From the IMG/VR virus record IMGVR_UViG_3300033146_004475, positions 4,217 through 68,216 of that record: 64,000 nt of DNA, one strand, 5' to 3'. A program made the translations under genes and the position numbers. The notes beneath the pieces were generated by a model. It searched no databases and was not told where the DNA came from. It worked only from the letters and a program-made list of their open reading frames with translations. The DNA comes from a virus. The stretch's first letter is position 1. Each line of letters begins with the position of its first letter. This document shows, piece by piece, positions 1 to 10,250 of this stretch.

Positions 1-87
1 ACTGAAGGTCCTACAGGATATGGATTACCTGATGTTTTGGGAATGAGTTTAGTTTTAGATTTAGTTTACAATGACGATGTGATGTAA
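1..87 (+). CDS. 3' end of upstream gene, probably tail completion/terminator protein (partial)
   Basis: Open frame TEGPTGYGLPDVLGMSLVLDLVYNDDVM* directly before the tail tube gene; function from position only. Confidence 0.4.
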   Translation, partial: TEGPTGYGLPDVLGMSLVLDLVYNDDVM

Positions 88-140
88 TCAAGCTTTATAG
101 AGAAAGATAAATAAACATAAACTTTTAGGAGGACTTAAAA

Positions 141-926
141 ATGGCAATTTCACCAAACACAGACAATTATACTTTAGGAAAAGGCGTAGTTTTTTTTGAT
201 CAGCTTGTTGACGGTGTTTTTCAAGGAGAACGTGATCTTGGTAATGCTCCAGCATTTACTTTTAACATTGCACTTGAAACATTGGAACACTTTAGTTCCC
301 GTGGTGGTTTGAAGGCAAAAGATAAGGAAATAATTTCTCAGATTACTCCTGGTCTTGCTTTTACCCTTGATGAAGTGAATAAAGAGAATTTAGCTTTGCT
401 TACTTTGGGTGATACCACTTTGGTAACACAAACTTCTGGTAGTGCCGTAGCAGAAGAAGTTGTAGCACATCTTGACCTTAGATCTGATCTTGCTTATAGA
501 GGTGTGTCAAATGTTGTTGTAAAAGACGAGACCGATACAACTACGTATGTTCTCGATACTGATTATAAGATTGATACAACCTTAAGTGATGACAAGATTG
601 GTAGAATTTTTATTATGTCTTCTGGATCAATTACAGAAGGGGATACTCTTCATATTGATTATGATTATGCAGGTTTGACATATACAAATATTTCAGCATT
701 TGCAAATACTCAAATTACTGGAAAGTTGAGATTTGTTTCAGACAATCCTGCCGGACAACAGCAAGAACTTGAAGTCTGGACAGTTTCTCTTGTACCAGCA
801 GGGGACACTGCATTGATTGGAGATGATTGGTCTACTTTAGGTTTCACAGGTGAAATTCTGAAGGATGAGACGAACCATCCCTTGTCCCCCTATATGAATA
901 TTATAATGGACCAAGTAGCGACTTAA
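141..926 (+). CDS. Major tail tube protein
   Basis: NYTLGKGVVFF...RDLGNAPAF...ETLEHFSSRGGLKAKD motif typical of siphovirus tail tube proteins; AGGAGG RBS; precedes chaperone and tape measure. Confidence 0.8.
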   Translation: MAISPNTDNYTLGKGVVFFDQLVDGVFQGERDLGNAPAFTFNIALETLEHFSSRGGLKAKDKEIISQITPGLAFTLDEVNKENLALLTLGDTTLVTQTSGSAVAEEVVAHLDLRSDLAYRGVSNVVVKDETDTTTYVLDTDYKIDTTLSDDKIGRIFIMSSGSITEGDTLHIDYDYAGLTYTNISAFANTQITGKLRFVSDNPAGQQQELEVWTVSLVPAGDTALIGDDWSTLGFTGEILKDETNHPLSPYMNIIMDQVAT

Positions 927-947
927 TTTATTGATTTTAAAATTACC

Positions 948-993
948 AAAGTCCAGTGAATGATTGAACAAAGAAAAAAGTTCACTGGACTTT
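948..993 (+). terminator. Inverted repeat after tail tube gene (terminator/stabilising hairpin)
   Basis: AAAGTCCAGTGAA ... TTCACTGGACTTT, 13-bp perfect arms. Confidence 0.6.
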
Positions 994-1021
994 AATCAAT
1001 ATTAAAAAGAAGGAAAGAAAA

Positions 1022-1453
1022 ATGAAAAGACAAACCCTATCTCTCGATATTGAAGCTCTGTTTCCAGGTTCTACTATAAAAATTGGAAACCAAGCAATAA
1101 TTATTCGTCCTTTAAATATCACTCAAATTGCAGAAATTTCAAAAAAGTTAACAGGAGTAGGAATGATTCTGAGTAATAAAGATATTACTTGGGAAAATTT
1201 TAATCTTCCGAAAAATCTGTTTAGTATTACTACTCTTATTTTAGAGAATGTTCCTGAAGTATTAGAAGAAGCTTCTAATATAGCCTTAAGTGATTTACAA
1301 CAATTACCACTTGAAATGATTGTTGTTATTGTTAATGCAGTTATAGAAGAAAATTTAAAGTCAAAGGAAGTATTGGAAAAAAACTTCAAGAGCTTGACCG
1401 AGAAATTTCTTCCGGAACAACCAAAAAAGAAGAAAACCAAGGGAAAGAAGTAA
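1022..1453 (+). CDS. Tail assembly chaperone (gpG-like)
   Basis: Lies between tail tube and tape measure; ends at slippery G GGA AAG. Confidence 0.8.
   Translation: MKRQTLSLDIEALFPGSTIKIGNQAIIIRPLNITQIAEISKKLTGVGMILSNKDITWENFNLPKNLFSITTLILENVPEVLEEASNIALSDLQQLPLEMIVVIVNAVIEENLKSKEVLEKNFKSLTEKFLPEQPKKKKTKGKK
1423..1447 (+). other. Programmed -1 ribosomal frameshift site(s)
   Basis: A AAA AAG (1423-1429) and G GGA AAG (1441-1447, same as the lambda G-T site), both in register; -1 frame open to 1755. Confidence 0.85.
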
Positions 1454-1755
1454 ATTCAGATATTGCTTTTGCTGTCCAAACTTTAATAAGCAGTGGGCAT
1501 GCTTGGTCAAGCATTAAAAAATATACTTTATCGGAAATAGGAGCTTTTTTTAAAACGGTTATTGTGATAGAAAGAGATAAAAAGGCGCAAAATCTTTCAG
1601 ATATGTGGCAAGGGAATAACTTAACGTTTGAAGGATTAAAACAAGTTTTACAAGGGTTAGGAGTAAAAACAGAAGATAGAGGTAAATTATCAGTAGAAGA
1701 AGTAAATAAAGATTGGAGTAAATTAGCAAACTTTATGGCTAAGCATCAAGGATAA
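1441..1755 (+). CDS. Tail chaperone frameshift extension (gpT-like part of G-T fusion)
   Basis: -1 frame GKEVNSDIAFAVQTLISSGHAWSSIKKYTL... runs without a stop into ORF 1564..1755. Confidence 0.8.
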   Translation, partial: GKEVNSDIAFAVQTLISSGHAWSSIKKYTLSEIGAFFKTVIVIERDKKAQNLSDMWQGNNLTFEGLKQVLQGLGVKTEDRGKLSVEEVNKDWSKLANFMAKHQG

Positions 1756-1773
1756 TAAGCAAAGGAAAAAATA

Positions 1774-4700
1774 ATGGCTTCAGATGTCAAAAAAACAGTA
1801 GAAATTGCTTTAAAAATTGTTGGTGTTGATTTAGATAAATTAAAAACAATATCTACTGCTTTTGAAAATATTCAAAAGGCTGCGGATAATGCTACTAAGT
1901 CTTTAAAGAAGTTCAATGATGAATTTAAGAAAATAAAGACTCCTATTGGATTAGGAAAAGTCATAACTTCTTTAACGGAATTAAGTAAGTTAAAGATGCC
2001 TAATTTAAACAATATAGCTATTGGATTTAAAAAATTAGGAGAAATGAAATCAGTTCCTGATTTAAGTAAGTTTGTTCCAGAGCTTAAAAAATTAGAAGGC
2101 ATAGATATTCCAAAAGTAAATTCTCTTGCTACAGGCTTGAAGAATTTAATGGCTATAAATTTTAGTGGATTTTCTAAGAAGATTGCAACAATTGAAAAAG
2201 GGCTAAGGAAATTAGCTGATATAAATTTAGATAAACTTACGGAAACTTTAAAACACCTTAATACTTTAAATTTAAAAAAAGCTGCTGCTGAATTACGAAG
2301 TTTAAACGAAGCAATGAAGAAAACAGGCACCACTGCCCAAACTACAGGGTTACGTTTAAGGACTTTTTCTGATAAAGTTAAGACTGTTTTAGAGTTTAGA
2401 CTTATATCAGATGCCTTGGTTGCTTTAAAAAGATTAATTATTAATGGAATTGGTGCAATAATTGATTATAGTCAATCTTTAAAAGATCTACAAGCTATTA
2501 CGGGGGCAACCACTCTTGAAGTTGCCCAAATGGGAAGTAAGATACTTGAGGTTGCTTCCACAACAAAGTTCTCTGCTTCTGAAGTTGCTCAAGGAATGCG
2601 AGTTATTGGACAGGCTGGTTTTACTGCAACAGAAGCAGTTGAAACAATGCAATCAGTAGCCAACCTTGCTACTGGAACTCTGTCTTCAATGGCAACTACA
2701 GTTGATCTTGTTACAACAGCAATGAGAGTTTTCCAAATAGATGCTTCTCGATCAACTGAAGTTTCTGATGTTTTCGCTAATGCAGTAAATAGATCAAAAC
2801 TCACCATTGATAAATTAAGAACAGCAATGAATTATGTTGGTCCTATTGCAAGAGATTCTGGTGTTTCTTTTAAGGAACTTGCAGCTTCAATGGGAACATT
2901 AGCTAATTCAGGTTTAAGGGCCAGTACAATTGGTACAGGACTTAGAAGAGTTTTTGCTGAACTTGTTGATCCATCTAAAAAATTAAAAGCAGCAATAAAA
3001 GATTCAGGAGTAGCAATTGAAGAACTTGACCCCAGGGCAAATAGTTTATCTTCTGTATTAAGTAATTTAAGTATTGTGGTAGATGATGCTGCAATTGCTT
3101 TTGATGTTTTTGGAAAAAGAGGGGCATCTGCTGTTTTAGCTCTTACCAATGAACAATCAGGATTTGATTCTATGTTAGCAACTGTTTCCGAATCAGGAAC
3201 AGCAGCGTGGCAAGCATCAATACAAATGGAAGGTCTTGGTGTTTCTTTTAAGAATATGCGAGATAAGGCTGGAATTTTAGCTATTGCGATTGGAGAATCA
3301 GGGCTAAATAAGGCAATGAAATTATTTGTTGACACTGTCCGGTTGATGATTGATGGCCTTACCTATTTTGTAAATACAACAGTAGGGCAAGTTGTAACAG
3401 GATTTGGATTAATAACAGCAGCAGTATTACCTTTAGTTGGAGCTTTTGTGAAATTAAAAATAGCTGCTGTATTTTCCAGTATTGTTGCTAGTGTACAATT
3501 GATGGCAGCCGAATTTGCATCATTTGCTATTTTAGCAGAAACCACAATAGTAGGGTTAGCTGCAACTATCGGGGCAGTTTTGGCTCCAATTGCAGCAGTT
3601 ATAGCTGGAATTTCATTACTGGTTTGGTGGTTAGGTAAAGCTAAAAAAGCAGCCGAAGAAACTGCAAAACTATCTGATCAATATCAATCTCTATCAAAAT
3701 CTATGCAGGATTACTCTGTAAAGGTAGCTTCAATAGCAAAAAATACAAAAGAGTTCACAGACGCAAATAAAGCACTTAGAACAAGTCTTTTGCAGACGGC
3801 TGATGCTTATTCTGATGTTTCTACTGAAGCTTTGGCAGCAGCTTTAAGTATTGACCCTTTAACCGGAAAAATTAAAGAGGGAAGTACAGCAATTGATCTA
3901 TACAATAAAAAATTAGAGGAAGTTGCTAAAAATAAATTGGTAATGGCTGCAAATGCAGCAAATGATAGTTTTGATCAATTACGATTGCCACTGGCAGAGT
4001 TAGATGAATTTGGAGTAGCTGCTGATTCAGTTGGTGCACAATTTAAATTAATGAAAACTTACGTAGCCCATTTGGATGAAAAACTCGGGAATTTAAGTAG
4101 GAATGATCAAAAAATTATTTTAGAATTTCATGCAATGGAAGAAATGGCAGGAAAAGTTCTTGTAAACATGCAAAAACTTGGGAAAGTTAATCTTGATGAT
4201 ACTGTACAAAATTTTACAAGACTTGCAAAAGCAGAAGGGTATTCTGGAGAAGTATTAGGAGCTATTATTGATCAGTTTAAGGAGTTAAAAGAGATAAATA
4301 GCAAAACACCTAAAAATTTAATTGAAAAATGGTCAGAAGATGGGACTGATTCTTTATCTGAATTATTTAAAGAATATGAAAATTTGTCTAATGAGTTTGG
4401 TGAAGGAAAAGGAATATTTGGAGTCGATGAACAAGGAGTAAGTGAAAAATCAATAATTATACAAACAGAAGCAGCTAAGAAAAGTTTAAAAATAAAATAT
4501 GATGCTTTGAATGCTGAAACAGCAGCGTTAATTGCTAATGGAAAAGATGAGGAAGCTATGTGGAGAAGGCATCAAGAAAAAATGAACATTCTTGATGCAG
4601 AAGCAGCCGATATTCGTATTACATTATCAAAAAATGTAGCATATCAGAATTTAGTTATTTTGGCTTCTGAAAAAGAAAAATTGAAAAAGAAATTAGATGA

Positions 4701-6930
4701 AAATGCTATTTTATATAAAAATAATGCAAAAGAACGGGTTAGGATAGAAGATGAAGCAAATGCCGCTTTTGCTCGTTCAAGAGAACAACTTAGAGTTGGA
4801 TCTCCAATAGATATTGATGCCCAAGAATCACAGTATAAGTCTTTGTTGGATTCAATGAAAGTTGATTTACAAAAACATTTACATGAAGTTGCATTAGCTG
4901 AAGCTCAAGGAGTAATAACATCTGAGCAAGCACAAGCTCAAAAAGCCCAAATTGAATTAAAATATTATAAAGATAGGGAAGTAAGTGCTAAGGAGTATTT
5001 TAATCTTATTGCTAATGTTGAAAAAGCAGGGGAAGAAAATTACGATAAACGGTTGAAATTAGTCAAAGATGCAGAAGCAAAAAATTATAAAGAGAGAGCA
5101 GACAATCTTGTGGAGTTTAATAAGGCAATTACTTCTGCCAATGATGATTTATCAAAATTAGATAAAGATTATGCAAATGAAAAACAAAAACATGCTCAAA
5201 AACTGGAAGAAATTGAAAATAAAACAACAAAAAAGTTAGAAAAAATAAATTTTGATTATTCTATAAAACGAACAAATATTGAGAAAAAATTACAAGATAA
5301 ATTAGAGGCTTTACGTAAAAATAGATTACAAAATGAAAAAGATGATATTCAAACTCGTTATGATTTAGAAAAAAGTTCCGAAGATGCTATTCGTGGTATA
5401 CGAGAAAAGGGCATGTCAGAAGAAGCTGCACAAGCTTCTAAACAGGCAGCAGCACTTCAGAAACTAACAGAAGGAAGAAGATTATTAAATGAATACTATT
5501 TGTGGGGGGATCCAGCAGATTTAGCAAATGGAAAGAAATTATTAGACCAGTCTTTAGGAATGGTGGATGCTTTTAATGATCAAACTTCTGCAATTAAATT
5601 AGTAAATGATGCCACTGAATTACTAAAAAAAGCTTCAGGGTATGATAAAGAATTAAAAGATTTAGAAGTTCTTAAAAAAGAAAAAGAAGCACAAGCAAAA
5701 GCAGATAATGAACGAATTGCAGCTAAAAAATTATATGATGAAAAATTAAAAAATGCAGTAACTGTAATAAATGAAATAGCCAAAAAGGAAGATATTAGAC
5801 ATAAAAAAGAAATGCAAAATCAGTTGGATGAATTACAGCTTTACAAATTGAAAGTTGCTGAAGCTGAAAAATTAGTAAGGTTGTCTGGAGGAACAGTTTC
5901 CTCGTCTACTTCCTCCTCTAATTTATTACAAGCTGAAAAAGAAGAAACAGTCTTGTTACTTAAAAAATTATCATTATTAGGCAAGATTAAAAATGTAAAA
6001 GAGGAAACAGATAAGATAGATAGAACTATTGTTGAAAGTGAAGATGTAAATGGAGTAAAAACATTTACTGAAACATTACTAAGAGCTAATAAAGAAACAG
6101 AGGATAGTTATACTAAATTAAAAGAAAGTGGAGTGGATGCATTTGTTCAAATTTCACAAGAAGTTTCTAAAACAGCAGATTCAATAGATGAAAGTTTAGA
6201 TGAAAATAATGTTAAAACCTTTACTGATTTGGGCAAGAAAGTGGCGGAATCTTTTGAACAAATAGAAGAGCCATTGACTAATTTACAAGAAGTAACTAAT
6301 TTAACTTTTCAAGAAATGAGTAATTCTATACGTGGAACTTCTGATGCTTTGTTGGAATTAGCTCAGGTTAATGATACAGATTTATCTGGATATGAAAAAG
6401 TAATAAATAAAATTAGTAAATTAAAAGATGAATTATTGTCTATAATTGCAATTAATAAAATATTTGATATAGTTGCCAAAGTGATTGGATATGAGGATGT
6501 TGTTGATTTACAAAAGGCTATTGATAAATTGAAAGATAAAACTATTACCATCACAACCAGATATACATCACAAGGTAGCAGTCCATCTGGATATGCAAGT
6601 GGAGGTAGACTTCCTGGATTTGGTGGAGGAGATAGAAGACCGATTCTTGCAGAAGATGGTGAATGGATAATTAATAAATTTGCTGTTAGAAAATTTGGAG
6701 ATAGTTTTCTTTCCAGTATAAATAATATGACTTTGCCTAAATTTCAAAATGGTGGAAAAGTAGCATTGTCAAATGTAGCAACAACTGGAACATCTATTTT
6801 GAATAGTTTAGCTAATTTTGGTACTGTTAGTTTAGACACAGGAACAGCACAAATACCGGCAATTGTTCAAAGGGATGTTATTACAGAATTAACAACACAT
6901 CTTCAAACTTTAAGAAGGTTTCAAACATAA
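1774..6930 (+). CDS. Tail tape measure protein (TP901-type core)
   Basis: 1718 aa helical protein; TTKFSASEVAQGM, YVGPIA, GTGLRRV motifs; C-terminal GYASGG...GGGDRRPILAEDGEWII. Confidence 0.92.
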   Translation: MASDVKKTVEIALKIVGVDLDKLKTISTAFENIQKAADNATKSLKKFNDEFKKIKTPIGLGKVITSLTELSKLKMPNLNNIAIGFKKLGEMKSVPDLSKFVPELKKLEGIDIPKVNSLATGLKNLMAINFSGFSKKIATIEKGLRKLADINLDKLTETLKHLNTLNLKKAAAELRSLNEAMKKTGTTAQTTGLRLRTFSDKVKTVLEFRLISDALVALKRLIINGIGAIIDYSQSLKDLQAITGATTLEVAQMGSKILEVASTTKFSASEVAQGMRVIGQAGFTATEAVETMQSVANLATGTLSSMATTVDLVTTAMRVFQIDASRSTEVSDVFANAVNRSKLTIDKLRTAMNYVGPIARDSGVSFKELAASMGTLANSGLRASTIGTGLRRVFAELVDPSKKLKAAIKDSGVAIEELDPRANSLSSVLSNLSIVVDDAAIAFDVFGKRGASAVLALTNEQSGFDSMLATVSESGTAAWQASIQMEGLGVSFKNMRDKAGILAIAIGESGLNKAMKLFVDTVRLMIDGLTYFVNTTVGQVVTGFGLITAAVLPLVGAFVKLKIAAVFSSIVASVQLMAAEFASFAILAETTIVGLAATIGAVLAPIAAVIAGISLLVWWLGKAKKAAEETAKLSDQYQSLSKSMQDYSVKVASIAKNTKEFTDANKALRTSLLQTADAYSDVSTEALAAALSIDPLTGKIKEGSTAIDLYNKKLEEVAKNKLVMAANAANDSFDQLRLPLAELDEFGVAADSVGAQFKLMKTYVAHLDEKLGNLSRNDQKIILEFHAMEEMAGKVLVNMQKLGKVNLDDTVQNFTRLAKAEGYSGEVLGAIIDQFKELKEINSKTPKNLIEKWSEDGTDSLSELFKEYENLSNEFGEGKGIFGVDEQGVSEKSIIIQTEAAKKSLKIKYDALNAETAALIANGKDEEAMWRRHQEKMNILDAEAADIRITLSKNVAYQNLVILASEKEKLKKKLDENAILYKNNAKERVRIEDEANAAFARSREQLRVGSPIDIDAQESQYKSLLDSMKVDLQKHLHEVALAEAQGVITSEQAQAQKAQIELKYYKDREVSAKEYFNLIANVEKAGEENYDKRLKLVKDAEAKNYKERADNLVEFNKAITSANDDLSKLDKDYANEKQKHAQKLEEIENKTTKKLEKINFDYSIKRTNIEKKLQDKLEALRKNRLQNEKDDIQTRYDLEKSSEDAIRGIREKGMSEEAAQASKQAAALQKLTEGRRLLNEYYLWGDPADLANGKKLLDQSLGMVDAFNDQTSAIKLVNDATELLKKASGYDKELKDLEVLKKEKEAQAKADNERIAAKKLYDEKLKNAVTVINEIAKKEDIRHKKEMQNQLDELQLYKLKVAEAEKLVRLSGGTVSSSTSSSNLLQAEKEETVLLLKKLSLLGKIKNVKEETDKIDRTIVESEDVNGVKTFTETLLRANKETEDSYTKLKESGVDAFVQISQEVSKTADSIDESLDENNVKTFTDLGKKVAESFEQIEEPLTNLQEVTNLTFQEMSNSIRGTSDALLELAQVNDTDLSGYEKVINKISKLKDELLSIIAINKIFDIVAKVIGYEDVVDLQKAIDKLKDKTITITTRYTSQGSSPSGYASGGRLPGFGGGDRRPILAEDGEWIINKFAVRKFGDSFLSSINNMTLPKFQNGGKVALSNVATTGTSILNSLANFGTVSLDTGTAQIPAIVQRDVITELTTHLQTLRRFQT

Positions 6931-6979
6931 ACATGAAAAATTTAACACACGAGGGATTGTTTAGACAAGAGGTACTGAT

Positions 6980-7360
6980 ATGATTTCATTAAATGGTGTT
7001 ACATTAAGTGAAGATTTGATTTGGGAAAATGAATTTGATAATCCAGCTATTTCTCAAAATATACAAAGAACTTTATTAGGATCTTTGGTAATTCAATCAA
7101 TGCCCTTGGTAAACGGCAGGTCTATAAATTTAGTGGCTGTATCTGATGGAACATCTTATTTTGGGTTTTTTACAAGAGAGCAGGTTATTGAATTTAAAAG
7201 AATTGAACAAAGTGGATCAACAGTTGTGTTTCATTATGAAGGAACTAATTATAATGTAAAAATTAGATCCAGTGGTGTTCAAGTTTCACCTTTAATTGCT
7301 CGTCCAAATCAAGTTGATTCAGATTTATACATAGGAACTTTAAATCTTATAGAAGTGTAA
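6980..7360 (+). CDS. Distal tail/tail-tip protein
   Basis: Directly after tape measure; LIWENEFD...QRTLLGSLVIQ...GRSINL motif. Confidence 0.6.
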   Translation: MISLNGVTLSEDLIWENEFDNPAISQNIQRTLLGSLVIQSMPLVNGRSINLVAVSDGTSYFGFFTREQVIEFKRIEQSGSTVVFHYEGTNYNVKIRSSGVQVSPLIARPNQVDSDLYIGTLNLIEV

Positions 7361-7383
7361 TTTTTAGATAAAGGAGAACTAAA

Positions 7384-8421
7384 ATGACAATCGTGGATAG
7401 TGAATTAGTAATGTTAAAAAGTAAAGAGGTTAGTGACGATTCCACTAATGGTGGATTAATGGATAACAATGCAGTCGTAACTTCTGGAGTTGTCAATAAT
7501 GTTTGGCCTTCTGTTTTTAAAGCGGAAAGATTATCTGGTTCCACTAAATACAGAAAAACCTTTCTAAAAGTTGCCAATGATGCTGATGAAACATTGTTTA
7601 ATACTCAGGTATGGATGGATATAATTACTCCTGCTGATGATTGGGTGACTTTGTTTGCAGGAACACAAACTGATGTTCAAAGTGGAATAGGTGGATCTGA
7701 AGAACATTACGGTTGTGGCACTTTAAAAAGTGATGTTGTATCCGGTGCAGCTTCTTTTGTTGTTACGGTTGAAGATGTTTCTTTAGTAACAGGAGGAGCA
7801 GATGAGATTTTCAGAGATGGGGACACAATTAGGATAACCAATAAAGATACTCCTTCTTCTGGAACTGGCACCGAAGAAATTCAAGTAATTAGTGGAACTC
7901 CTACTGTTGCTGGAAATGATGTAACTATTACTATTGTGGGAACATTGAATAATGATTATAATGTTTTAGACAATACATATGGAACAAGAGTTATGTCAGT
8001 TTTTGAACCCGGAGATATTTCTGGATCATTTGATAATTTTGTAGAAGCAGTTGCAGGAGATGGAACTTATGATGAATCTACATATCCTGTATTACTTGAT
8101 AATATTGGAACAATTGACCAAACTGTGACATTGACATTCACTGATGCAACTAATTTTACAGCAGCCTCTAATGTTTCAGGAGTTACATTATCAGGAGGGT
8201 CAACTGGAGCTGATTATTTACCTTCTAATCCTGATGTTTCAAAACCATATTTTACTCTTGAATCTGCTGGTTTTGCAGGAACATGGGCATCTGGAGATAC
8301 AATTGTATTTGATACTATTCCCGCCTCAAAAGCAATATGGCAGAAAAGAGTTGTTCCAGCGGGAGCAGCTTCTTTAACAGGTAACAAAGCAATAGTTGTT
8401 TTTTCAGGGGAATCTAATTAA
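7384..8421 (+). CDS. Virion tail structural protein
   Basis: NGGLM...NNVWPSV...ERLSGSTKYRKTF N-terminus and IWQKRVVPAGA C-terminus; beta-rich. Confidence 0.65.
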   Translation: MTIVDSELVMLKSKEVSDDSTNGGLMDNNAVVTSGVVNNVWPSVFKAERLSGSTKYRKTFLKVANDADETLFNTQVWMDIITPADDWVTLFAGTQTDVQSGIGGSEEHYGCGTLKSDVVSGAASFVVTVEDVSLVTGGADEIFRDGDTIRITNKDTPSSGTGTEEIQVISGTPTVAGNDVTITIVGTLNNDYNVLDNTYGTRVMSVFEPGDISGSFDNFVEAVAGDGTYDESTYPVLLDNIGTIDQTVTLTFTDATNFTAASNVSGVTLSGGSTGADYLPSNPDVSKPYFTLESAGFAGTWASGDTIVFDTIPASKAIWQKRVVPAGAASLTGNKAIVVFSGESN

Positions 8422-8429
8422 TAGATGAG

Positions 8430-9266
8430 TTGTTAAATATAATTAGGAAAGATTTTAAAATGAATACAATTTTTACAGTCAATTTTGGAGATGAAGTCAT
8501 ATCTAATTTGAGAAATTTACTTACTATTTCTCAAGAAGAATGGGTAAATACTATTGGACGTGTGAAAATGTCAGATTTTTATAATTTTTCTTATAATGTT
8601 TTATCAAGTGGAAACGTAAATAGTAGTATTGATTGTGGATTAAGTTCAAATGGGTCTTGTAAATCTATTATTTACGCATTTCCAGCTATACCCGATTTAT
8701 TATATCAATTACACACCAGTTATGGGAGTCTTTCAAGTAGATCCTCTGCAAATTTTGTTCATTCTGAGTTATTATTATTTAATATGAGTAAATCAAATAC
8801 TTTGACTTATTTTCCAATAGGAAATGTGAGTTATGAATGGATAGGATCAGTTTATGATTTACAGGGAAATGTAAGAAGTAATAGTGCAGTTGATATAAAT
8901 GAAGAAGGAGAAATTTTATTACCTGAAAAAGTATATGGCACTCTAAAAGTGAAATATGAAGTAGTCAGGCATAAATACATTCTTGAAGTTTTTCCCAGAG
9001 AAGAGGAAACTGAAGATCTATTTGGGGCAGTTGTTTATGGAATATATGATGAGGGTATTGCTTGGGTTGAATTAAATAATCCTCCTAATTTAGATGATAT
9101 TGCTTCTGGTTCAGTTTCATGTGGGGGATTATCTTCTACAAGTTCTGATAATACAGATGATACAGAAGATGGAAGAACTCCTACAACAGCTCCAAAAGTT
9201 AATAGGAAAATTATTACTGATTACTGTACTCAGGAAGTTTTAAGTGATACAACCACATATGTGTAA
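8430..9266 (+). CDS. Tail-tip protein (paralogue 1; likely start 8460)
   Basis: Tail module position; N-terminal VNF and late Cys motif shared with the next two ORFs. Confidence 0.5.
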   Translation: MLNIIRKDFKMNTIFTVNFGDEVISNLRNLLTISQEEWVNTIGRVKMSDFYNFSYNVLSSGNVNSSIDCGLSSNGSCKSIIYAFPAIPDLLYQLHTSYGSLSSRSSANFVHSELLLFNMSKSNTLTYFPIGNVSYEWIGSVYDLQGNVRSNSAVDINEEGEILLPEKVYGTLKVKYEVVRHKYILEVFPREEETEDLFGAVVYGIYDEGIAWVELNNPPNLDDIASGSVSCGGLSSTSSDNTDDTEDGRTPTTAPKVNRKIITDYCTQEVLSDTTTYV

Positions 9267-9356
9267 AATAAAGCGTTTATTTGTTTATCTAGGGCATAGT
9301 ATGTAAATTTGTTAAAAATGCTCAAAATAGACTAAAAAGAAGGGTAGAAAGCTAAT

Positions 9357-10250
9357 ATGAGTTTATCACAAACACATAAAGTTAATTTTTCAGAAGATTC
9401 TCTTGATTTAGATTCTGTTTGGATAAATATGGAACAAGAATATATTTCAGAAACATCTCAAGATGCAAATCTTTTTGATATTTTTCAGATGATGGGTAGA
9501 TCAGCATCCGGATTGACTTCTTTTTCATATGAGCCAACGGAATTGAGCTTTTTATCTTTTTCAAGCACATCAATTAAATTAAATTTAGATTTTTGGGTCT
9601 TTCCTTCAAATTTAGATTTAGCTTATTCTTTACGAATAAATACAGGAAGTATACATTCCAAAGTATATGAAGAAGTTCCAAGAGTAGGTAATATTGTAAT
9701 TCCATTACAAAATCAAATAAAGTTACCTTATTTAATTGATCAAAGTTTATCAACTTTTACATGGGAAACTCCAATTTATAATTCTGTTGGCCAATTATTA
9801 AATTCTCAGACAATTAATATTGAAGGTCCTTATCTTTACTTCAATGAAGAAATATTTGGAGTAATAAGAGCAAATGCAGTAGCAAAGGGGCATAGACACA
9901 CAGCAACACTTACTTTTCCAAAAAGTACAATAGGAAGGCAAGAAATAGCAGGATTAGTTTCTAACCAACTTAATTTTAATTCAATTACGAATACTAAATG
10001 TAGTGTTATATGTACTTATATAGATTTGAAGGGAGATGTTCAAGAGGAAATTCTTGAATTAAAAATCCCAAAATCTGTTGTTGATTTATTAGCTGAATGT
10101 CCAAATGGGAGATTACGTAGTAATCCAAGGTGTGATGCCTCCGAATCAGCATATACATCAAGATTGACTATTTATTATTCTACTTGTACAGGAGAAATTT
10201 TAAATCGTGTACGTTCTGATGTAGGAGGGAATTCCTGTGACAACGAATAG
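9357..10250 (+). CDS. Tail-tip protein (paralogue 2)
   Basis: VNFS N-terminus, YYSTCTGEIL C-terminus. Confidence 0.5.
   Translation: MSLSQTHKVNFSEDSLDLDSVWINMEQEYISETSQDANLFDIFQMMGRSASGLTSFSYEPTELSFLSFSSTSIKLNLDFWVFPSNLDLAYSLRINTGSIHSKVYEEVPRVGNIVIPLQNQIKLPYLIDQSLSTFTWETPIYNSVGQLLNSQTINIEGPYLYFNEEIFGVIRANAVAKGHRHTATLTFPKSTIGRQEIAGLVSNQLNFNSITNTKCSVICTYIDLKGDVQEEILELKIPKSVVDLLAECPNGRLRSNPRCDASESAYTSRLTIYYSTCTGEILNRVRSDVGGNSCDNE

Noticed and set aside
1872-6554. Minus-strand ORFs within the tape measure gene
   Set aside because: Antisense shadows of a codon-biased gene with no recognisable motifs
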